NCBI RefSeq assembly: GCF_000829235.1
Contig: NZ_AP012549.1
Coordinates: forward strand, 930,001-962,000
Length of the DNA: 32,000 bases
From: a cyanobacterium endosymbiont of Epithemia turgida isolate EtSB Lake Yunoko
Lineage (GTDB): Bacteria; Cyanobacteriota; Cyanobacteriia; Cyanobacteriales; Microcystaceae
Direction of reading: 5' to 3'
The notes below the pieces were generated by a model that was not told where the DNA came from, did not search any database, and saw only the letters and a program-made list of their open reading frames with translations. Numbering within the stretch: the stretch's first letter is position 1; each line of letters begins with the position of its first letter. Below are positions 29,373 to 32,000 of this stretch, one piece after another. The translations under genes and the position numbers were made by a program.

Positions 29373-30656
29373 TTAGTTAGGGTTTTTCACGACTCCCATA
29401 AATATTATCGCATTAGTCTTATGATCACGAATTGTACATAAAAATGGACGATTAACGATCATAGTAAATTGTTCTTCTGGAAGAAATACAGAAGTCATCC
29501 TCGCACGAAAGGAACTAGTGACGGCTGAGTGTGTTCCTTTCTCGTTAATCTCTACTAAGGTTTTGTGTCTAATACGATTCACATAAACTTGACGAGATGT
29601 TAACTTAGAAAAGTTAGCTGATGATTGTTCAAATATTGTGGACATTCCTAAGTATATTAAGGCCTTTTCTATGTCAATTTCATTGGATAAACTGAAACGA
29701 GGTAGTTTTAATCTGCCTTGTTGTTCGCGAAATTGTCCTATCCATTTTTTCCACTGACTTATTGTTAATTGTGAAACTAGGTCTTTTAGATTCTTATCTG
29801 GTCGAGGAAGGAAAATTTCTAAACTAAAGCGTTCTCCTGCATAAGGTAAACTCACCGCTTGAAAGTCTGATGTTTCAAAATAGCGGTACTTTCCTTCCCG
29901 AGACATTAATGGAAATTTGATGACCCGATCATTACTTAAATAAAATGGCTGTTGTGTAGTCAGATGAGGATCAAATTCTATTTGCCAAACTCCTTTAAAA
30001 TAAATTGCGTTGGCTAAAAAAAGTACATCTTCATTACTAATTTGCTCAATAATTTGGGGAATTTTTCCCAGAGTTTTGTCTTTTACCCAACGATTAATAA
30101 TTCCGACTGACTCAGAACTATCAAAATTTAAATTAGTAATTTGAGCCTGATAATATTCTTGATTAGTTTTAAGGAATTGATAACGAAAGGAAAATCCTTG
30201 TCTAGTCCAAAGCGAATTAGCAATTGCCAATTGACCACGATAATCATTCGTCTTTAACGATTTTTCTAGAGTTTTATTGGCATAATTAAAAGCATTAAGA
30301 TCTACTCCTTTAATCCCTAATGCACCAGACATTTCTTGCCGAGTGGTTCCGCTTGCGCCATTATAGAGCATGGATAAAGCTAGGGCTAAACTAACAGGAG
30401 AAACAGCAATATTTTGTTCTGAATTTTGTCTAGCTAGGGTGGAAAAGAGTTTAAAACCAAATTTAATCTGAGCATTTACCAGTTTTTCCTTGTCCAAAGA
30501 CTTGTTCAGGAAAAATATTTTTGGGGAAACTTCTTGTAGTGCTTGAGCGTCTGCTAATATGCTGAGAACTTGAATTTTAGACGAAGGAATAAACCAACTC
30601 AAGAAGAATAAACCCAGAAATCCGAAAGTTGTGATCAAAGTTTTTCGATTCGTCAT
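29373..30656 (-). CDS. Serpin (family I4 serine protease inhibitor) with N-terminal signal/anchor
   Basis: Full-length serpin fold signatures: NAIYFKGVWQ, hinge EINEKGTHSAVTS, C-terminal NRPFLCTIRD...IIFMGVVKNP. The N-terminal segment is hydrophobic. I prefer the ATG at 30656 (AGGAG 8 nt upstream) over the track's GTG at 30665. Confidence 0.88.
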   Translation of the reverse strand: MTNRKTLITTFGFLGLFFLSWFIPSSKIQVLSILADAQALQEVSPKIFFLNKSLDKEKLVNAQIKFGFKLFSTLARQNSEQNIAVSPVSLALALSMLYNGASGTTRQEMSGALGIKGVDLNAFNYANKTLEKSLKTNDYRGQLAIANSLWTRQGFSFRYQFLKTNQEYYQAQITNLNFDSSESVGIINRWVKDKTLGKIPQIIEQISNEDVLFLANAIYFKGVWQIEFDPHLTTQQPFYLSNDRVIKFPLMSREGKYRYFETSDFQAVSLPYAGERFSLEIFLPRPDKNLKDLVSQLTISQWKKWIGQFREQQGRLKLPRFSLSNEIDIEKALIYLGMSTIFEQSSANFSKLTSRQVYVNRIRHKTLVEINEKGTHSAVTSSFRARMTSVFLPEEQFTMIVNRPFLCTIRDHKTNAIIFMGVVKNPN

Positions 30657-30890
30657 CACTATCACTCCTATTTACCACACAGCAATGTCCGAATAAACTC
30701 ACCCCTGAGCTTTTTGACCTGTACCTTTTTGGCAACTCTATGCTTTATTAATGAGATTTTTAGACAAAGCATTTTTCTTTCGAGAATATACTTGATTGCT
30801 AAACATAAACCCTTAGAATTGTAAACAAATAATTCTAACCGTTAAAGTCACATTTAGTTGGGGACAAGAAACGGAGGTAAGCTAAAGACC

Positions 30891-31574
30891 ATGAACATCG
30901 CAGAAATCATTCAAAAAGGTGGGGTGGCTATGGGCCCGCTCCTCTTCTTGTCAGTACTCGCATTAAGTACTATTATCGAGCGTTCCTGGTTCTGGGTAAG
31001 ATTTCTCCTTAAAGAAAGGGAAATACTTAATAGAATCATGGATACCGCCGCTAGAAACTGGAATTTGGTTCCAAAAATTGTCAGAGAATACCGTAATCAC
31101 CCTATAGGCAACTATCTTTATAGTCCCCTAAGATTGACTAATCCTGATCCTGAAGTCTTCCATTTAGCTTTAGAATCAACCGCCGATGATGAATTGGCTC
31201 TCATGCGTCGAGGGGATAAAGTACTAGAAGCCGTCATTGCGCTGTCTCCTCTTTTAGGGTTGTTAGGTACAGTATTAGGACTCATTGGTTCTTTGAGTTC
31301 AATTCAGATTAGTGATCTTGGAACAGCCTCAACAGCCGGAGTTACCCTAGGGATTGGCGAAGCTTTAATTTCAACAGCAGTTGGTTTAATTGTGGCCATT
31401 GTTAGTTTAGTTTTTTATCGCATTTTCCAAGCCTTATGGTTCAATCAAGTGAGAATTTTCCGTAAAACAGGCAGTGAACTGGAAGTGATTTATCGTCAAC
31501 ACTGGTTAGAAATAGACGATGATCGCTATCCTATAAGTACCGATGCAGAGCCTTCTGAAACAGCTGAACACTAA
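30891..31574 (+). CDS. exbB: MotA/TolQ/ExbB-family proton channel protein
   Basis: Three TM segments and a conserved C-terminal channel region ([23 protein letters not shown]). The ATG at 30891 is preceded by GGAGG; the track's TTG at 30858 is less likely. Confidence 0.85.
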   Translation: MNIAEIIQKGGVAMGPLLFLSVLALSTIIERSWFWVRFLLKEREILNRIMDTAARNWNLVPKIVREYRNHPIGNYLYSPLRLTNPDPEVFHLALESTADDELALMRRGDKVLEAVIALSPLLGLLGTVLGLIGSLSSIQISDLGTASTAGVTLGIGEALISTAVGLIVAIVSLVFYRIFQALWFNQVRIFRKTGSELEVIYRQHWLEIDDDRYPISTDAEPSETAEH

Positions 31575-31600
31575 CTTCTTTGATCTTAGTAAAGGTACTT

Positions 31601-32000
31601 ATGACACAGTCCACTGGACAAAAGCTAAAAAGTCAGAAAAATCAACCCCATGTTCACTCGCGCCCCCTAAAATTGTGGCAAGATACCTCTCTCCAACAGG
31701 AGGTTCGCATTGAGATTTTGCCGATGATAGATGTAATCTTTTGCATTTTAACCTTTTTTATTTTGGGGGCTGTGGGATTATCTCGTCAGCAGGCTATGAA
31801 CCTGGATTTACCTAAGGCTAGCACTGGAACACCGCAAATGCGAGAAATGTTAGTGGTTAGTCTCGATGATTTCGGTCAGGTGTACGTGGAAAAACAACTG
31901 GTGACGCGCAACCAACTTTTTGATGCAATTAAAAACTACCACCAGTTTAATTCTAATGGTCTGATGGTTCTCCACGCTTCGGGAAATGCTAGTTACAACG
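31601..32000 (+). CDS. exbD: ExbD/TolR-family biopolymer transport protein (3' end beyond window)
   Basis: My own translation from the ATG at 31601: MTQSTGQKLKSQ...EVRIEILPMIDVIFCILTFFILGAV...NLDLPKASTG...VVSLDDFGQVYVEKQ. This shows the typical ExbD TM and periplasmic domain. It starts 26 nt after exbB and is absent from the ORF track because it runs off the window. Confidence 0.8.
   Translation, partial: MTQSTGQKLKSQKNQPHVHSRPLKLWQDTSLQQEVRIEILPMIDVIFCILTFFILGAVGLSRQQAMNLDLPKASTGTPQMREMLVVSLDDFGQVYVEKQLVTRNQLFDAIKNYHQFNSNGLMVLHASGNASYN

Noticed and set aside
1-32000. CRISPR arrays, IS elements, integrases, prophage or defence-island genes
   Set aside because: I saw no regularly spaced direct repeats and no transposase, integrase or phage-like ORFs. 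Every sizeable ORF has a housekeeping or conserved-cyanobacterial interpretation.

Overview
The gene content marks this window as core chromosome of an AT-rich cyanobacterium: CcdA/Ccs1 system II cytochrome c maturation, a CCB1-like protein, cyanobacterial DUF2808/DUF3082/DUF4359-type proteins, a CytM-like gene and a Hik2-like kinase. Housekeeping genes are also present (queF, pnp, valS, purN, tRNA-His, tRNA-Glu). The most distinctive feature is genome erosion. By my coordinates only about 69% of the window is intact coding sequence. Three genes are visibly dead: an HdrB/SdhE-like CCG protein, a cytM-like cytochrome c and a class IV aminotransferase. Several 0.5-1.2 kb spacers are extremely AT-rich; two 60-nt lines I counted by hand were 12% and 17% G+C. 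This pattern fits a genome-reduced, possibly endosymbiotic, unicellular cyanobacterium, but that is inference only. Other points worth a second look:
- an 80-bp inverted repeat pair (75/80 identical) bracketing a 7.8-kb gene block
- a GC-rich island with three overlapping ORFs, which I interpret as a small basic conserved protein on the + strand with its own promoter, Shine-Dalgarno (SD) site and terminator
- a divergent GT2 / fatty-acid-hydroxylase-SDR pair resembling the two-step cyanobacterial galactolipid pathway (MgdA/MgdE)
- a secreted serpin
- a 17-bp perfect AT hairpin
I found no CRISPR array, transposase, integrase, toxin-antitoxin pair or recognisable defence cluster. I could not support any claim of a novel multi-gene system. 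All alignments and motif calls were made by eye and need computational confirmation.
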